A DNA stretch of 63,972 nt, counting the filler, from Reticulomyxa filosa (Eukaryota > Protista > Foraminifera), in assembly GCA_000512085.1 (NCBI GenBank). It is 19 parts of 19 records of this genome, joined end to end, with 100 filler letters (N's around TTAATTAATTAA, not from the genome) between each part and the next. Parts side by side here need not be neighbours in the genome. Positions count along the whole stretch, not along the records: positions 1 to 1,406 come from ASPP01039141.1; positions 1,507 to 3,066 come from ASPP01016795.1; positions 3,167 to 7,573 come from ASPP01005337.1; positions 7,674 to 8,812 come from ASPP01049140.1; positions 8,913 to 10,522 come from ASPP01024586.1; positions 10,623 to 12,302 come from ASPP01011775.1; positions 12,403 to 13,606 come from ASPP01036164.1; 12 more parts are not named here. One strand, given 5' to 3'. The notes beneath the pieces were generated by a model. The model made no database searches. It saw only the letters and a list, made by a program, of their open reading frames with translations, and had not been told where the DNA came from. This document shows positions 1 to 12,649 of the stretch, piece after piece. Both the position numbers and the translations under genes were made by a program. The first letter of the stretch is position 1; the number at the start of each line of letters is the position of its first letter.

Positions 1-1406
1 GAAAGATATCAACAACAACTTACATCCTTTTGATGCAAAACGAAACTTGTCCCAACTTCTTTCGTTTTGTTTGAGGCCAAAACCAAGGAGACCGGCGTTC
101 CATGTATAGTTCCTTGAAATTACAATATCTTTTGACATGCTGATATTCCAGAGCAAGTACCACTTAAAAAAATTTCAATTACTACAAGCAATAGAAAGAA
201 CTGACACCGTCGATCGCAAAAAAGAAAAAGTTCCCCCTAGAACGAACTTCTACAAACAACCCTTGAAGTAATTTTATAAAAAAGCTGGATAATGATATTA
301 GACCAAAAACTGTTTAAACTTTTTTATCTCAAAATCAATAAAAATGAAGCACTTTTGCAGTAAAGCAAAACCACAATTGAAATTTTAGAACAATCGGAAA
401 ACAAATTTAATGGTATTGATTATTTATAAATGTAATAATTACGCTTTATTTACGTTTTTTGAACCGTTTTCAAAAGTTTGTCTTCGTTAACTTGTTATTT
501 TGTATATATAATGAAATTGAGGAATGAAAGTAGCATTTCAGCAACTCGAATATGTAATGTAGGATATAAAATATAGATTCTACTTTTAGATTTAAATTTT
601 TATTATCTAATTGTGATAATATTGTTTGTAATGCTTCTACGTTTTGTTAATTCTATTGATATTAAAGTACATTTTTCGATTATTAAATGAATATCTTGAT
701 GCATCTTCTATCATCACCTTCTACAATTTTTTATGCTCATCAACAAAAATTGAATTAAATTCTTTTTTCACTGCAAACAATTATATAAAACAAAAATGTA
801 TAAATATCAAAAACTATAGGATACATAAACCAAACCTGTAAAGAGAATGTAGTATAAAAAAATGAAAAGAAAATAAAGGAAAAGATTAATTTATTACGAT
901 ATTTAACTTTCTTAAAGATATAATATTGCAATTTTAATGAAAGATTTTATCAAAAGGATAACAAAATATTTATCAATCAATTAACTTGCACAAATTCTAT
1001 ATGACTAAAAGGAAAAAATTCACTCAACATAAATTATAGAAAACTTTAATATGAATATGTTCACTTAAATGGTGTTGATCTTTTTTGTCGTTTTGAGAAG
1101 TGTTAAAGATTAAAAATATAATTTAAAGTGTATTTCTCATAAACTTTGATTGTATTTGTTGCTTTTTTAAAATTAATTTTAGTTTCACTAAATTACGAGA
1201 CATTTACATTTTATGTCAAGACAAATCTTTCTATTACTCAATGACACAAGGAAAGTGTTTGAATTTGTATTGTCAAAATTATTTTATTTGTTTGACAACA
1301 AAGGCATGTACAATTTATCCAAGAAAACAGGAATTGTTCGTTTTCTTGATTTTTTTCTTTGCATTAAATATTATCATGTTGTAAAAAAAACAAATTAAAA
1401 TGTGTA

Positions 1407-1506
1407 NNNNNNNNNNNNNNNNNNNNNNNNNNNNNNNNNNNNNNNNNNNNTTAATTAATTAANNNNNNNNNNNNNNNNNNNNNNNNNNNNNNNNNNNNNN
1501 NNNNNN
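1407..1506. other. Artificial contig-joining spacer (N-run + TTAATTAATTAA + N-run); recurs 18 times in the window
   Basis: Identical 12-mer with stops in all six frames, flanked by N-runs, at about 1451, 3111, 7618, 8857, 10567, 12347, 13651, 16169, 17361, 22725, 33060, 34601, 35824, 38429, 44174, 46358, 53305 and 61543. Confidence 0.98.
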
Positions 1507-1543
1507 TATATATATATATATGTACATATATGTATACATATAC

Positions 1544-1580
<37 letters not shown>

Positions 1581-1720
1581 CATATATGTTTATGTGTACA
1601 TATATGTTTATGTGTACATATATGTTTATGTATACATATATGTACATATATATGTTTATATATTTATATTTGTTGCGATAACGCATACATTTAAAACAAA
1701 ACCTTTTTTGCGTGGGGAAA

Positions 1721-2091
1721 ATAGTTGCTAAAGTTACTGCTAGATAAAGGCTGCTCTTGTGTAGAACAAAACTTTCGCGGATTGACACCCTTGCACGTTT
1801 GTGCAGCTTGGAATCGTATCGAATGTGCCAAACTTATTCTCCCTTACTATTCACGTCATGACTTGGTTTAGTGCCTTTTTTCATTTACTTTTTTTAATTA
1901 TTACAAACATAACATAATATACGAATGATCCAATCAAAGATAAGAGAGGATCAACGTCAATCAACTGCACTTGATTACTGTAAGAACAAACATCTTGAAG
2001 TTCAAAAACTGATTGTCAATGCCTTGGAGGCTGCTGACAGGAATACCTTTGAATTTGAAGACAAGTTTTGTTTGTTTGTTTTTTGAATGTA

Positions 2092-2131
<40 letters not shown>

Positions 2132-2472
2132 GGCTCCTCTCTTTTTGCAAAGTTTTTTTTTTTTTTTTTTTTGCATTGAACAGAAAAGAGGAGGGCAAAC
2201 CTAATGCCAAAGTTTGGAGGCGGAAGCAAAGTCGCTCACAAGGCAACGATACAAAGAACGAGGAAGACGACCAGAACAACGAGAACAAACAGAACAGACA
2301 ATCTTGGTTCCGTGGCGGCAGAAATCGAGAATATGACAGACGTAGAGGTAGCAGGGGAAGAGGTAACCGTCGAAGTCAGGGCAGAGGCAGGGGCAGAGGA
2401 AATAGAGCCACTCAGAGAGGTAATCGTGGAAGGAGTCGTGGATATTACGTACCCAAAAATCCTCAGCCTTGA
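1721..2472 (+). CDS. 3' part of an ankyrin-repeat protein with an RG-rich C-terminal tail (spliced)
   Basis: Manual translation gives [36 protein letters not shown] (ankyrin G-x-TPLH motif). GT-AG intron 1866-1939 follows, then the exon [25 protein letters not shown], a second intron at about 2065-2183, and a last exon with RGGR/RGRG repeats ending at TGA 2472. The ankyrin exons are not in the ORF track. Confidence 0.75.
2097..2127 (+). repeat. (GT)n microsatellite inside an intron
   Basis: Perfect GT dinucleotide run. Confidence 0.95.
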
Positions 2473-3998
2473 AAGGAATAAACTATGCAAGTGAAGGGAG
2501 GGCTCTAAAAAGTCCCATTTACCAACCCTTATGTTATTTCTTTCTTTTTTTTTTTGGTTCGTTTGTTGTTAATGCCATTATTTCGCCACGTCTTTTCTTT
2601 TTTTTAAGAAAAAAAAAAAAGTCAAAAAAATATAACATCACTTTATTACACTATCTTAACAAACTCATGTGAACCACTTGGTTAAGATATCTTGTCATGT
2701 GTTTGAGAAAAGAAATGCTTGAAATATATTATATTGTATTGGTTGGGGGAAAAATTTTATTTTATTGGAAAAACAATACTATCCTTAAAAATCAATAAAA
2801 ATCTCTGCATGAGTCTAGCACAGATTAACACCAGCCAAGAATTCACAACAATAACTTTGTTATATGTAGGGACAATCTTCAAGCTACTTTTGTTCCCGCT
2901 TGATAAAAAAAACTCTTTTATATATTCGCCCCCAAACGCAAATATGATCTGTCTGTGAACCGTTATATAAATGAACATCATTACAATCTGTACTTTCGTT
3001 GTTCTTTTCCAACGACACAAATGTTGGAACCGAAAGGGTTTGAATTCCGGGTTTTTAAAAACCCGGNNNNNNNNNNNNNNNNNNNNNNNNNNNNNNNNNN
3101 NNNNNNNNNNTTAATTAATTAANNNNNNNNNNNNNNNNNNNNNNNNNNNNNNNNNNNNNNNNNNNNAAAAAAACGTAATGGATCGTTTTCAGATCTCAAG
3201 ATGAAAAATCAAAATACATTTAATGAATTATTTTGTTGTTTTGTTAACCCATTTGCATCTTTAATTTAAGCATGTGGCAAGAACACTATCCCAAACAAAT
3301 TTTGAAACATGTAACAAGTAAATCATTTTTTTTTCTGCATATTGCTTGAGGTTGATATTAAATTTCAATGTTTTTGCTGACAAATCGATGAAAATTATCC
3401 AAGATTTGTAATTTTTTTGTTCTTACAAGAACATTTAGTCAAGAATAAACTAGTTTTGTCACCAGGGGAGAAACTTTCAAATTGTTGCCACGTCGGACAA
3501 TAACAAAAAAGTCTCCCAAAAGCAAAAAACAGAAAACTGTAATTTGATAAAATATTCATAGTTCAATCTTTTTTTTTACTCATTTTCATTGTAATTTTTT
3601 GTTGCAGAAAAAACTTTAAAATACAGATTTGAACTATTGCTCTTACATTAACATTTTCCTTTTTGTACTTCACCAAAAAATTTGACTATTCGGAAAAAGT
3701 ACAAATTACAAACCAAGCCGAAAATGCGCTCAGGCCAAAACCTTCTCAAATCTATGTACTGTTCGATTGTAATAATCTTACATAGAGTTAACAATCCAAA
3801 AAAGATTTTTTTTGACAATCAACGCATTAACATTTTTATGCCAGTTGTTTGATACTACACAATTGGACTAAATGCTTCCGTGAATAAAACAATTTTTGTC
3901 TTATCACAAAAGCATCTAACACAGTTGCTTCTGGTTTTTCTCTTTTGAACACCGCAGCCAAACGAAACTCAATACCAAGAAAAACTCTTTGACTTGCA

Positions 3999-4893
3999 AT
4001 GCTAGATTTTGGCTGTGAAGATGAAGAAATCAAAGCAAGAGAAGAAAAAGAAGAATCATGTTACAAAAAAGATTGGATATTGCTGCTAAATAAACAAAAG
4101 GATTTGAATGGTTTATGTTGTTCACTGTGTCTACAAGTCGCGAAGGACGCAATGGAATTAATTTGTGAAGAGCACGAACATGTCGAGGAAGCACTAGTTT
4201 TTGGAGAGAATTGCCTAACCAATTATTTGAAAGGAAATAATGGCAGATGTCCTGTTGGTCAACATGAAAACTGCAAGTACATAAAAAGTAGGGCTATCCG
4301 GCAGCGCACCAATGATCTAACTGTCATGTGTCCTCGGCAATTTCAATTGGATCAAAAGCAAAACAATACAGCAAAGCGCGATGAGAGATCAACAGACGAA
4401 GGAGTTTCGCACAGTCACGAAATGAACCGTATCTGTGAATTCGAAGGGGAAATCAAAGATTTAAGTAAACATTTGCAAAAATCATGCAAGCTGATGTCAT
4501 TGCATTGCAAATTTGAGTCATGGGGATGTGATTGTCAACTGCTTCCTCACAACTACGATGAACATATGAAATTGAGTGTGGAGAGCCATTTAGATTTGGC
4601 TGTTATCAAAGTAAATACGCTCCAACAAAAAGTCAATGAAAATGAACAGCTAATCAAAACATTACAGCAGCACTTGCAATTGGAAAAAGTATTAAATAGT
4701 ATTGTTATTTCTTGTCCCATTTTCAATATCTTAAAAACACTGTTGGGATACATTGTGGAATATATATCTGAAAAAATAGGAAAAAGTGAACAATTTGACG
4801 AGAGAAAATGAACAGCAAAGAGAGCAGCTGCATTTATTCCAAATTCCAGAAGCACAAAATTTGCAATTACAAGAGCTTATGAATACAATGAAC

Positions 4894-4957
<64 letters not shown>

Positions 4958-5798
4958 GGAACAATGATGAAAAAAAATGTGAAAATATTATAGCCAGGAA
5001 TGCTTCAGTATTATTATTCAAAACGTGTGAACAAATGGTCCGTGAAATTTTGTCCACAGCAGTCTTCATTCCGCCATTGAATAATGGGATCGATTTTTGT
5101 TGATCAACGAAAACAATAATACGATAAAATTGAAAAACAACGAATGGAATTCTTTCAAATTTGGTGTTTATTTGACTGGTGAAAATGTCACATTAACTGT
5201 GGATTGCAAGAGACAAAATCTAGGGTATCTCAAACTTAAGACCAGTCATTTGTGGATTAGATGTGCTTCATCAAAAATCGATTGTTCTGCATTGGGATAT
5301 CCTTCCGATCAAGGTCCTCGGAAAGGTGAAAAGCATTATTATGGTGGAGGTGGTGGATATGGAACAAAAGGTGGGGGATGTGAAGGATATGGAAGAGGTG
5401 GAGGTACATATGGAGATGAAACCTTGCTGAAAGAAATTCATTATGGTAGTGGAGGTGGGTCTGGTGGAAGATCCAAAGGAGGAAATGGAGGTGGAGTGAT
5501 TTGTCTTATCATTGAACAACATTTAGGCAATCATGGCTCGATACAATCCAATGGAGAGGATGGAAATGGATGGTTTGGTGGAGGCGGCGGAAGTGGAGGA
5601 TCGATATTGTTACAACTGCAAGGCCAATCTTCTTCAAATACTGTGGAACATACTCTTGGAACTATTACATGTAAAGGAGGAAATCAAACGTATCAAGATA
5701 AGGGCGGAGACGGACGAATAGCAATTTATGGTATTAAAATTTCTGCAGAGGCTATGAAAAAAATTTTTCCAATACCTTTCAACAAGATACAAATATAA
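3999..5798 (+). CDS. RING-like/TRAF-type zinc finger + coiled coil + poly-Asn + C-terminal glycine-rich domain protein
   Basis: CCSLC...CPVGQH, then LTVMCP, CEFEG...HLQKSC and CKFESWGC...HMK (TRAF-ZnF pattern). GT-AG intron 4689-4779 joins this to the 4786 frame. One missing T at about 5095 joins the 5097-5798 frame (GGGGGYG...GSGGG...GGNGGGVI...NGEDG...GGGGGSGGSI). Confidence 0.75.
4894..4957 (+). repeat. (AAT)n coding microsatellite (poly-Asn)
   Basis: Perfect AAT run within the reading frame. Confidence 0.95.
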
Positions 5799-6122
5799 TT
5801 TGCCAGCTTTGTTTTGATTTTAAGGTAGTACTTAAACCTATTCTGAATCTTATTGGATCTAACATTGTATGCTGCGTAATCGCGCAATTTTTTTCACATT
5901 AATTACACTAGTCGAATCATAACAGTGCGAAAACAAACACTTTACCTTTTTAAAAATATCAATACTTGTAGCATTTAAAGAAAGTTGGAATTGTATTACC
6001 CTTAAAATAACATTTTATACCATTCTTTTAATACACAAATTTTCAATGTGTGTCAAACTCAATAAATTTGTTTTTTAAAAGTTCAATTTCATTCTCCAAA
6101 AAATCATCAAAGGTTCATCAAA

Positions 6123-7530
6123 ATGGACATAAGTAATATCAAATCACAAGGGCCACTAAACACGAATACTCCATCTCCATTTTTAACCTTACCGTCTTTA
6201 CCAATACCACTGTCTGATAATCAATGTATGACCTACAAACACGAAATCCTTATCTTTGGGGGTTGGAAGAAGAACGATTGTTATTCCTATCATACACTGC
6301 AAAATAAGTACAAACGCATTTGTACTTATCCTAATAATGTTGTATTGCAAGGACACAGTGTAGTGAAGATTGCGAGTAGCTCAAACGATATCACTTTGTT
6401 GTCATTTGGTGGACAGGATGTAAATGAGAGAAAGCATACATTGGTGATGAAATATCAAAGTGTTTGGGATGAAAATGATGAGATTGGCAATAAAGCCAAT
6501 TTAAATCAATGGCTTCCATTTACGAATAGTTCCAACGAACCAATTGAAATAGGTCGAGATGGAGATGATTATTGTGGAGTTCGAGCCGTGGTTGGTGGGA
6601 GTAACGATCACTTGTTATTCATTTCTTATCGTCCAAAGAATATTGATGTGTTTGATTTGAACACATGTCAATACATCCAACATGTTATTTTACCAACTGA
6701 CAATAATTATGTGTGTTATCATTGCTTTGTGCTAAGACCAGCTTATGGAATGGCGACAGTACAGACAAATAAGAAGAAAACTGGCATGATGTTATTTTGT
6801 GAAAAAACAGGATTCGCAATTGAATATGATGAAGACAACAACACCTTTGAATTTAACAAAACAAGAGTTTGGTCAACAATCAGAGAATTTAATTGTTATG
6901 CATATGTGCATATTGATGATGCCCTTTTGTTTTTTGGTGGACTGGACTATCGTTCAAATGGTAGCTCGAAAGTGATCCATAAATATTTAATGAATGAAAA
7001 CAGATGGACGAAATTTGAACAGATTTTACCTATACCATTAAAGAAAGGAGTTGCAGTATTGAGTGGGGATAACACTTATGTGCACATTCTTGGTGGAAAA
7101 GATGGAAAATTTGACACGATTTCGACACATCTGAAAACGGAGGTGAAAGAATGGATGAAAGAAGAAACAGAAATGGAGAAAAAATGGATCACAGAAGAAA
7201 AACAAAAAATCATAACCGAGCAAAATGAAAGAGATATACTTGAAATAGGATATGTGAAAAAAGATGCAGATGTGGTAACAGAAAAGTCTCATCTAAAAGA
7301 ATTCAAAGTTTTGTGAATTATTATATGACACAAATATATATATATGTATATACATATATATATATGTATATATATATATGTATATCTGTTTCAAATTATA
7401 ATTTTTTTTTTTTTTTAAAAAAAAGAGATGTGAAGAGATTGAAATTACAATAAATCGTTGGCTTCGTTTATTGTCCATTAAAGTGGGATGGATTGATGAT
7501 TTCACAATAATCACTTCACGATTTATTATG
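6123..7530 (+). CDS. Kelch-repeat beta-propeller protein (may continue past the contig end)
   Basis: Repeated hydrophobic-GG motifs (ILIFGG, LLSFGG, AVVGG, LLFFGG, VHILGG) with downstream Y/W residues. Intron at about 7308-7426, then exon RCEEIEITINRWLRLLSIKVGWIDDF. Confidence 0.8.
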
Positions 7531-7531
7531 G

Positions 7532-7562
<31 letters not shown>

Positions 7563-7689
7563 GTTTTTTTTTTNNNNNNNNNNNNNNNNNNNNNNNNNNN
7601 NNNNNNNNNNNNNNNNNTTAATTAATTAANNNNNNNNNNNNNNNNNNNNNNNNNNNNNNNNNNNNNNNNNNNNGTAATGTATACATTTT

Positions 7690-8092
7690 ATACGCTTAAC
7701 TCATTCAAGTTGGAAGTCGCACATATCTCCATTAATTTTATATGAGTATCAACAAAAATTTGATTACAATTTCTCCATGTTTGTGATATCGTCGTTTTTT
7801 CAAGTTTCGTGCCAAAAGATTCAAATAAATTAATTAAATGTTGTTGTTGTTGTAAAGTTTTGCTGTATTAAAATATATAATGCAGTAATTATATATAATG
7901 CAGTAATTGTCAAAAACATAAAAATTGTTTATGAAAAGAAATAAAATATGTAGAAATGTACTGTTACGTGTTCTCTGTCAGCCAAGTTAAGGCATCCTTT
8001 GTCTTGTCGATATTTTCATAACATCGCTTCCATGCCTTTAAGACAGCATCTTCATCTATGTTGGGGAACGTTTGTCGAAGTTTTGCAAGCAT
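7690..8092 (-). pseudogene. Degenerate fragment with CUE/UBA-like helical repeats
   Basis: Manual minus-strand translation gives MLAKLRQTFPNIDEDAVLKAWK...NIDKTKDAL (CUE-like FP motif), then a frameshift and stop, then a similar unit LINLFESFGTKLEKTTISQTW. Confidence 0.35.
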
Positions 8093-8912
8093 GATAATGA
8101 TGATGTAAACTTCAAAGCAAACCTTTTTTTTTTTTGAATGTTCAGAAACTTGCTTTAGAAATTTACAAAAAAAAATTCAGTTTAAAGGTTAATAAAATTA
8201 AAATTTGATCACATTAGAAAATTTTTTCCTCAAACAAATATGGCATACGTAGATCAATGGTAATATGCATGACACGAGAATAGTGTTATTGTCCAAGATG
8301 TTTATTTTGACGAACGTGCGAAGATATGCGCCAGAATTACAAGTGATTGTTTAATCAACTGAAATTTTAGATTTATCGGTCTCGACAACGAATATATTAG
8401 ATTGATCGTTGCATTTTTTAATCCCTTCTTCTAACACTTAAAAAATTTGGAAAAAAACATTCAAATAAAAACAACAGAATTTTTATCCACTGGAAAGCCT
8501 TTAAAGACTTAAGTGTTCAACATCAATCCAACCCATTGATGGATAAAAAACATGAATGAGCCAAGTTTACAACTCATGAAAAAGGTGTTGCCTTCAATTG
8601 TAGACTGATTGGTGCCGTTGTAATCTTTTGTTACAAGCATGGAATCCATTAAACTGTCTATTGTTTATTATTTTGTTTTTTTGAGGTTGGATAGTTTAAA
8701 TAACGTAACAACAAAACTTTAAATCAATAGTATGATCACCATATATATGTCGCATACACGAATCAAACTCTGGGCTTGTTTGTTTCTTGTTTAATCATTG
8801 TCTGTTCTTGTGNNNNNNNNNNNNNNNNNNNNNNNNNNNNNNNNNNNNNNNNNNNNTTAATTAATTAANNNNNNNNNNNNNNNNNNNNNNNNNNNNNNNN
8901 NNNNNNNNNNNN

Positions 8913-10100
8913 AGTCGAGCGCATTGAGCTTATGCAAGCCCATGAGTGAGATAATGTAAATCTCGATTGCAAGCGCAAACTCATTAACACAACTCGATAG
9001 TCCAGTTCGCTTTTCAGATCGGTTGGGATTCCTTTTGAAAATCAAAAATCTATTTTCTCGAACATAGGTTCATTTTGACATTGGGTATGTCCATTATATT
9101 GTTGTTGCTATTGGCATTGGCACTGCTATCCTTTGTTAACAACGGTAATGACAATTCCTTTTCTAGGTCATCAGAGCCTTTCTTTCTCACAGCACACATT
9201 CCAATGTATTTTTTTGTTTGAACAGCGAGTTGTTGAGAATCCACAAGCTGACAGTGGTGTCATTTCGAATGGGGCAAAAGTCGTTGTCGTTACTTGAATG
9301 TGTCACCACTTCTACCAAAGTGAATGGACGAATCTACCACTATCACTTGCATTTATGGTAAATGACAAACTGATGTATATAAATGTATTATATTACATCA
9401 ATCACAAGGTCCATGCTCCTTTTCCTAAGACAAAATAAAGCCCAACAGATTCAACAGGCTTCGCATTGGGAGCGACCACAAATAGTCAGCGGCCAGCGAA
9501 TTTCGCGTTTCCAAATAATAAAGAAATTTACTTGATGTGCTGCATTCGAATGCACTATTCCTGCATTAGACTCCGATCGACGGTGATGCGATGGCAATTC
9601 GAGAGTTGAGACAGTTTTCAATACAATTCTATGGAAGCAAAGCCCATCATTCCCATATGCACTATAAAAAAACAGAAAAGCCAAATTCCTGGCAATTTCA
9701 TCACAAACAATATCGATAACCTTCCAATCGACATTATTCCACATTGCATATGCTATGTTTGCAGCATTCACCTGTCCACGTGGATAAGTTCTTCTCCACA
9801 TTCCTGCTGCATATACACCCGATTTACAGATGCGAGTTAGCGCGAATGTGTTTTGCTCCATCTCCAACTTCCGAAGGTACAGCCCAGTGGCACAATTTAG
9901 AGCAATGTGATCATATCGACTGAGCAGACGAATACAAGACTCCAAGTGTTTCGGTATTCACGTCGCTTCAGCTACCAAAATCAATGTTTTATTCTCTATT
10001 CTTGCTCCCTTCCACAATGTTCTTAGGCATTGTCTCTTATTTCCTTTTCATTGTTATCATGGCTGATATGCATTTCCTGAATTTGACGCTGGTGATCTTC
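8913..10100 (-). pseudogene. Fragmented membrane-protein gene, weakly CSC1/OSCA-like
   Basis: Short minus-strand ORFs with stops and frameshifts. The pieces VIDIVCDEIARNLAF and FFIVHMGMMGFASIEL loosely recall the OSCA/TMEM63 pore region. Weak call. Confidence 0.25.
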
Positions 10101-10622
10101 CAAATGCAGCTGCTTTTCTCCATGTTGCGACGACATCTGCTAATGTACAGTGATGCATATTACAATATGTTACTTTTGTATGGTTTTTTTTGTGTTGAAA
10201 TTGAAAAAGTATTTTCCGACTGGTAAGAAAAGAAATTTAAAAAATAAAACTGAAAAAAGGAGCATTACAATCTTCATGATGTAGACATTAGAAGAAAGCA
10301 CAAACAAAGAACAATCTGCAAGCGAGACATTGAACGTTCAAACGGGCGGCTCGAGATTATCGAACGAACTGTTTTACAAGACAGTGACAAAACGAAGTGA
10401 TTTGAGGTACGAATTGTTGGATGATGTGATATCGCGCAACAATGACTTTTTGTTCAGTTTGCAGAAGCTGAATGCCTCACTTGTTAGTTAAAAACAAAAC
10501 AGACAACCATTATCATTTTCTTNNNNNNNNNNNNNNNNNNNNNNNNNNNNNNNNNNNNNNNNNNNNTTAATTAATTAANNNNNNNNNNNNNNNNNNNNNN
10601 NNNNNNNNNNNNNNNNNNNNNN

Positions 10623-11159
10623 CGACTGGCCGTATTCGTAGTTCGGATAGACGATCGCCCAGCGCTTCTTCTTCAGCTTGACGGCATCGGGAATGAGCAT
10701 CGCCGTCTGCATGTAGGTCGAGGTGCGCAGGCGGAACGTGTAGGCATTGCCCTGGTCCCAGACGATCTTGTCGGTCAGCGGCTCGGCGGCGATGAACAGA
10801 ACCTTGCGTTGCTTGGCGAAGTCGGCGACGGCGAGGCCAACATGCGACGGGAAGGTGCCGATCAGGAAGGCGGCGCCCTCGCGGCTCAGCAGTTCCTCGG
10901 CGACACGGACGGCATCGCCGGGATTGCCGTTGTCGTCGCGGCTCACGATCTCGATCTTGCGGCCGAGCACCCCGCCCGCGGCGTTGACCTCTTCCACGGC
11001 CAGCTCGATGCCCTTCTTGTAGGGTTCGAGGAAGGCCGGAAAGACCTTGTAACTGTTGAGTTCGCCGATCTTGATCGGTGCCTGTGCGGCGGCCGGTCCG
11101 ACGAGCGACAGCGCCACGAGCGCGGCGGTGCCGGCGAGCAGGCGATTGCGGGTCAGCAT
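10623..11159 (-). CDS. ABC transporter substrate-binding protein, branched-chain amino-acid (LivJ/Peripla_BP_6) family; 3'-truncated
   Basis: Signal peptide, IKIG, GIELAVEEVNAAGGVLGRKIEIVSRDD, YTFR, NYEYGQS. GAGGGGG ribosome-binding site upstream. GC-rich bacterial codon usage. Confidence 0.93.
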
Positions 11160-11235
11160 GACATCCCCCTCTTCAATAAGTGAAACATTCCCTGTGAACC
11201 GACCCTAGCGAGGCCGGCCCCTCTCCCACAAGCGC

Positions 11236-11616
11236 TCAGTCGGCGAAGCTCGACCGTGCCTGTATCCCCCAATGACCGTCCTGAAGGGTCACGATGTAGA
11301 TCGTCTCGAAGGCGCCGAGCAGCGAGCCATCCTCACGCCAGCGGCTGAACTTCACCTTGAGATGGACCTTGTCGCGGCCGACATGGATCGGCGTGCGCTC
11401 GTCCCACGTGCTGTGATGCCAGCCGTCGCCGGCGCGGGCGACGAAATCACCCAACTTGTAATCGCCGTGGTTGGACCAGACGACGACCTTGCCGCCGGCC
11501 AGCCGCACATGCGGGAAGTTGCAGGCATCGTTGACCGCCGGCTCATCATGGCGATTGAGACCGTCGATGTAGTCGTCCATCACCTTCAGGGCGGCGGCGA
11601 GCGCATCGTCGTTCAT
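11236..11616 (-). CDS. Small NTF2/SnoaL-like protein (about 126 aa)
   Basis: MNDDALAAALKVMDDYIDGLNRHD...FPHVRL...KVHLKVKFSRW...YIVTLQDGHWGI has the helix-then-sheet NTF2 pattern. GAGGGGG ribosome-binding site before the ATG at 11616. Confidence 0.7.
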   Translation of the reverse strand: MNDDALAAALKVMDDYIDGLNRHDEPAVNDACNFPHVRLAGGKVVVWSNHGDYKLGDFVARAGDGWHHSTWDERTPIHVGRDKVHLKVKFSRWREDGSLLGAFETIYIVTLQDGHWGIQARSSFAD

Positions 11617-11626
11617 CGTTGCCCCC

Positions 11627-12204
11627 TCATCGCTGACCATCCCCCAGCTTGATCTCGGCGGGGACCAGCCCGCCGACTCTTGCGTGAGGCCGGCCCCCGA
11701 TCGAGGCGGCGACGATGAACACGATCTCGTCCGGGCGCGGACCGTCGGGCACGCAGAATTCGATGGCGTCGAAATGGCTGCGCACATAGGCCGCCGTCAC
11801 GTGATGCAGCGGAATGTCGATGCGCGCACCGGCGGTCGCGACCTTCACGGTCGAGGGCACGATCGACTTGGCGCCGCCCATGGCGTCGGATGCCGAAGCC
11901 GCTGGGCTGATGCCACAGGGCGGCATGTTCCAGTCGCCGTTCAGCCGACGATGGCGCCCTTGCCTAGGCTTCAGTCGGAGCCCTGGGCGCCCAGGATCTT
12001 CATCACCCGCTCGGTGAGATCCACGCGAGCGGTTCCAGCTTTCATCATCGGCTGGATGTCGGCCACGTGGCGGCCGGCATAGGGATTGGCGACCACGCCG
12101 CCGACCACGGCCTTGGTCACCGGGCGAGCCAGTGCGGGCCCGAAGTCGTGGAGCGTCTCCTCGACCGTCGCCACGTATTTCCGCACTTTCACCAGATCGC
12201 TCAT
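11627..12204 (-). CDS. 'Amino acid synthesis' (DUF1185) family protein, frameshifted in this assembly
   Basis: N-terminus VRKY...VEETLHDFG...VVANPYAGR (ORF 11971-12204) and C-terminus KSIVPS...GARIDIPLHH..AAYVRSHFD.IE..VPDGPRPDEI...GGRPHARVGGL (ORF ending 11627). Confidence 0.85.
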
Positions 12205-12649
12205 CCCGCCTCCGACAGAGCAAGCGGCGTGCCGCCTGTCTCGATTCGCCAGTGTCCTTGCAACGATAGCGCGGCGCTGTCGATCAAACCGCAGAGCCTG
12301 AGNNNNNNNNNNNNNNNNNNNNNNNNNNNNNNNNNNNNNNNNNNNNTTAATTAATTAANNNNNNNNNNNNNNNNNNNNNNNNNNNNNNNNNNNNNNNNNN
12401 NNATTCAAACAATTGATTTTGGTTCCACTTCTCGCTTCTTCCTCTTTAGTCAGTCTATAGCGAAAGTCGGAGTGATAGTGACAATCCCAGCTTGGCGACA
12501 GCGACAACGATTCGTGGAGACTCCAACAAGGACAAAAGGAAGAATTGCAATTTGTGTTCCACGATGAAGAATTTACTGTTTTTACATTTTTCTTTTTATA
12601 TACATTATAAAAAACAAAATATTATACGTACATTTGTTGTTAAATAAAA

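Noticed and set aside
24-138. Possible first exon on the minus strand (MSKDIVISRNYTWNAG...) ending at GTAAG
   Set aside because: Too short, cut by the window edge and without a recognisable motif.
1459-1788. ORFs rich in YIYI, HTHT, CVCV, poly-K, poly-F or poly-L/I
   Set aside because: They are translations of intronic microsatellites, homopolymers or the antisense strand of AAT repeats.
10747-12354. Plus-strand ORFs in the GC-rich contig
   Set aside because: They are shadow ORFs antisense to recognisable minus-strand genes.
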